A stretch of DNA of 62,398 nucleotides, the filler included, from Asterionella formosa (lineage: Eukaryota), in NCBI GenBank assembly GCA_002256025.1. It is 6 parts of 6 records of this genome, joined end to end, with 100 filler letters (N's around TTAATTAATTAA, not from the genome) between each part and the next. Parts side by side here need not be neighbours in the genome. Positions count along the whole stretch, not along the records: positions 58,912 to 60,605 come from NKIB01001471.1; positions 60,706 to 62,398 come from NKIB01001472.1; 4 more parts are not named here. One strand, written 5' to 3'. Position 1 is the stretch's first letter, and each line of letters starts with the position of its first letter. The notes beneath the pieces are model-generated. The model saw nothing but the letters and a program-made list of their open reading frames with translations, ran no database searches and was not told the DNA's origin. Made by a program: the position numbers and the translations under genes. Shown piece after piece: positions 59,202 to 62,398 of this stretch.

Positions 59202-60605
59202 TGTCAGAGAGAGAGAGGGAGAGACGATCGCTTACAATGGATCGACAGCGATCGATTGATAGAGAAAGTGAGTTTTAGAGTGAAAGAATTAGGGATACTA
59301 TTGCTAGCTACTGGGAAAGACCTACTTGCGTATGTTCTAGTACAGGGTAACCGGTACCCTGTACTAACACCCCCCTGGAGTAGGAAATCTTCCGCGGGGC
59401 GGAACAATAATATTGCGGAGGCGGAGAAAATGGGCATCGTCCTTGTGTTCTTTGGTGAAGAGATCAGCAACATTAAGGGCACCAGGGAGGTGGGCAATGA
59501 GGATTTTGGAACAACGATGAGCATCGCGAACAGCCATATTGCGGATGTTTAAATGGCGCATTTTCTTGTTGGCACAGTTGTGGGACCAGTCGACCGCCCC
59601 CTTATTATCATTCCAGACGGTGGTGGGGAGTGTAATCTCGTCTGGCATGTGGAGATCAGCAAGGAGGTGACGGATAAACTGTGTAACTTTGGTACCTTCG
59701 TCAGCAGATTTGATTTCAGATTCGCAGGTACTACGGCTGACCCGAGGTTCGCGAATGACATGCCAAGCCAGTGGGCCACCAGTACGAGTACTAATGGAGC
59801 CAAGGAGAGAGCAACATTCAGTGAGAGTGATGAGGTCACTGGGGTGAGGTTTAGAGGCGTCCTGGGGGCCCCAGTTAGCATCGGTATAGGTGGTGAGGAG
59901 AGGATCATCCTTGGGCCAACCGTAGGTAGTGGAGAGGTAGGAGGATGCAGACTGGGAGGTGAAGGCAATAACATGGTCAAGGGACCCAGAAAGGTAGCGT
60001 AAAACATATTTAGCACCAAGTAGGTGGGCCGGAGTGGCCGTAGAATTATACTGCGCAAGGAGAGTGACAGCGACAGAGAGATCGGGACGAGTGCTAATCG
60101 CGAGCCAGTTGAGGGCGCCAATGAGGGATTGGTAGGCGGTAATGATGGTAGCGTGGGCTAAGGGGCTAAGGTCAGCGCCGTCGGGGGTAATCCGATTGTA
60201 CACGAGACCCGAGCGGTAGGGAGTAGGCGCAGACCGACAGGTGGTCATATCAAAGCGTTCAAGGAGGTTACAGAGGTAAGCCTCCTGAGAGAGATGGACG
60301 GAGAGGTGGGTATCACCTGAAGAAGGAAACCAGGCAAAGTAAATGCCCAAAAACCAGGAAAGAGGCCGCATAAAATCGACACGGAGGGAGGCGGCGATGG
60401 ACGCCTCAAACCATTGTTCAACGTCATCACTGACCGAGAAATAGGCAAAGTCGTCAACATAGATGCCAACATAGAGAGGGGGGTAGCCAGTGAGGACAGT
60501 CCCATAGAAGAGGCAGGGTTCGTGGGGGCATTGAGCAAGACCAAGGGAGAGGAGGACGTCCCGAAAACAGGTATACCAGTGGCGGGGGCTACGTCGGAGG
60601 CCGTA
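59202..60605 (-). mobile_element. Ty1/copia (CoDi-like) retrotransposon 3' part: RT-RNase H, PPT and 168-bp 3' LTR
   Basis: Frame is open from the gap to the stop at 59364: YGLRRSPRHW, YVDDF, WFLG, YQSLIGALNWL, TRPDL, YTDANWG, DNKGA, ADLFTK. PPT G6 at 59375-59370, LTR TGTTAG (59369)...CTGACA (59202). Confidence 0.93.
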
Positions 60606-60705
60606 NNNNNNNNNNNNNNNNNNNNNNNNNNNNNNNNNNNNNNNNNNNNTTAATTAATTAANNNNNNNNNNNNNNNNNNNNNNNNNNNNNNNNNNNNNNN
60701 NNNNN

Positions 60706-61019
60706 ATACTGTCTTGACTGAACTTGGTCTCTCTGATAATTCAATTGATTATAGCTTACTTAATAAAATTCAAAGAACAGTTGAGATAAGCAAGCACGTT
60801 CCCAAACCGGATAACATTGATGATAATGTTTTCAAATGTTTAAAGGATCTAGCAGCAGCCCTGATCTGGGAGGAAACAACCCATATCGGGGTGGATGATA
60901 TTAAAGCCCGGTTGAAAGATTGTCCTGAAGCTGCAAAGGTGCAAGATCGCCATGGAAACACTCTGTTGCACCATGGCATGAAAGTTTTTGCAAACTCCAA
61001 CAACATTCACGATGCCTGA
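60706..61019 (+). pseudogene. Truncated tandem duplicate of the LRR-ankyrin gene (last LRR, linker and first ankyrin-like repeat)
   Basis: 60706-60984 is nearly identical to 61694-61972 (offset 988). It breaks off 27 bp before the next ATG (61012). Confidence 0.75.
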
Positions 61020-62398
61020 ATGGGAAGAAGATGTCAAACGGTTGAAAGCGAATGATCCAAGTTTGACTTCACTTAATCTCTATAATAAAATAATTGGTGT
61101 TGACGGAGCCAAGGCCATTGCAGAGGCTCTCACGGTCAATACTGTCTTGACTAAACTTTCTCTCGGATGGAATTCAATTGGTGATAACGGAGCCAAGGCC
61201 ATTGCAGAGGCTCTCAAGGTCAATACTGTCTTGACTGAACTTGGTCTCTTTAATAATTCAATTGGTGATGATCTACGAAACGATATAAACAAATTCATTG
61301 ATGCAAACAAGAATCGCAAGTCATTGGAAGAATATGTCAAACGGTTGAAAGCGAATGATCAAAGTTTGACTACACTTTCTCTGAAAGGGTAATTCAATTT
61401 TGATGATGGAGCCAAGGCCATTGCAGAGGCTCTCAAAGATAATACTGTCTTGACTACACTTTATCTCAGAGGTAATTCAATTGGTGTTGACGGAGCCAAG
61501 GCCATTGCAGATGCTCTCTTGGTCAATACTGTCTTTACTACACTTTATCTCTATAATAATTCAATTGGTGTTGACGGAGCCAAGGCCATTGCAGAGGCTC
61601 TCAAGGTCAATACTGTCTTGACTACACTTTATCTCAGTGATAATTCAATTGGTGATGACGGAGCCAAGGCCATTGCAGAGGCTCTCAAGGACAATACTGT
61701 CTTGACTACACTTAATCTTTCTAATAATTCAATTGGTGATAGCTTACTTAATAAAATTCAAAGAACAGTTGAGATAAGCAAGGACGTTCCCAAACCGGAT
61801 AACATTGATGATAATGTTTTTAAATGTTTCAGGGATCTAGCAGCAGCCCTGATCTGGGAGGAAACAACCCATATCGGGGTGGATGATATCAAAGCCCGGT
61901 TGAAAGATTGTCCTGAAGCTGCAAAGGTGCAAGATCACCATGGAAACACTCTGTTGCACCATGGCATGAAAGCCCGGGCACCAGTGGAAATTATAAATGC
62001 CCTTTTGGAAGCTTGCCCTGAAGCGGTGACAAGAAAAGTCAACAATGATGAGACTCCTCTTGCCTGTGGTCTAGGAGGGGAAAAGCGAGTATCACTAGAA
62101 TCCATCCAAGCTATTGTGGACAAATATCCTGAGGCCATTAACTCCATGAAAATGCCCTTTATTCCACTTCATTTGGCAATTTTTCGACATGAAAAAGTTT
62201 CAGAGATCGAGCAGATCATAATAAAATACCCAGATTCAGTTGCAAACTATGGCACTCCAAACCTGCAGTCACCTCTTCTTCTCGCTTTGCAACAAGGAGA
62301 TTATCCTGATTTTGAGGTCGTCTGTATTTTGATTGAAAAACACCCAGATGCGACTAACACTCTTGATAATGAAACGAGTTATAATCCATTTGAATATT
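61012..62398 (+). CDS. RI/NLRC3-like 28-aa LRR protein with C-terminal ankyrin-like repeats; in-frame TAA at 61390-61392; runs off the window
   Basis: 84-bp units TVLTxLxLxxNSIGxDGAKAIAEALKVN and two caps VKRLKAND.SLT, then CPEAAKVQDHHGNTLLH, CPEAV..ETPL, YPEAI..IPLHLA. The frame is open from 61393 to the end. Confidence 0.8.

Noticed and set aside
61080..61745. CRISPR-like or DGR-like repeat/variable array
   Set aside because: Units are in-frame 84-nt LRR codons. There are no cas genes, no template repeat with a dedicated RT, and the variation is not adenine-specific. The adjacent RT is copia and on another contig.

Overview
Eukaryotic nuclear DNA, very probably from a diatom: short GT-AG introns, bipartite plastid presequences, a multi-PAS hybrid kinase and a CoDi-like copia element. 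It is not one locus. Five 100-nt N spacers carrying TTAATTAATTAA join six contigs (1-27609, 27710-55223, and four of about 1.69 kb). Contig 1 encodes a GAF-like + TKL kinase, a histidine phosphatase, a GT32 glycosyltransferase, a probable SHOC1/Zip2-like meiotic protein, a plastid SAP + dienelactone hydrolase, a plastid PDZ + ferredoxin and HIRA. Contig 2 encodes a DUF1823 protein, a fungal-type GPAT, a 7-PAS hybrid histidine kinase, a PA-TM-RING ligase and a PuuE allantoinase. The most notable signals not shown by the ORF track are: (1) a tRNA-headed SINE with a 17-bp TSD whose 3' end resembles that of a 5'-truncated LINE, also with a 17-bp TSD, suggesting a SINE-LINE pair; (2) both ends of a TIR transposon family, one carrying a DUF6818/Myb-like ORF; (3) an LRR-ankyrin gene with hypervariable repeat positions; (4) a GGTACC/TACCWGGTA palindromic motif concentrated upstream of genes; (5) a solo LTR with a 6-bp TSD. 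All family assignments come from motif recognition by eye; no database searches were run.
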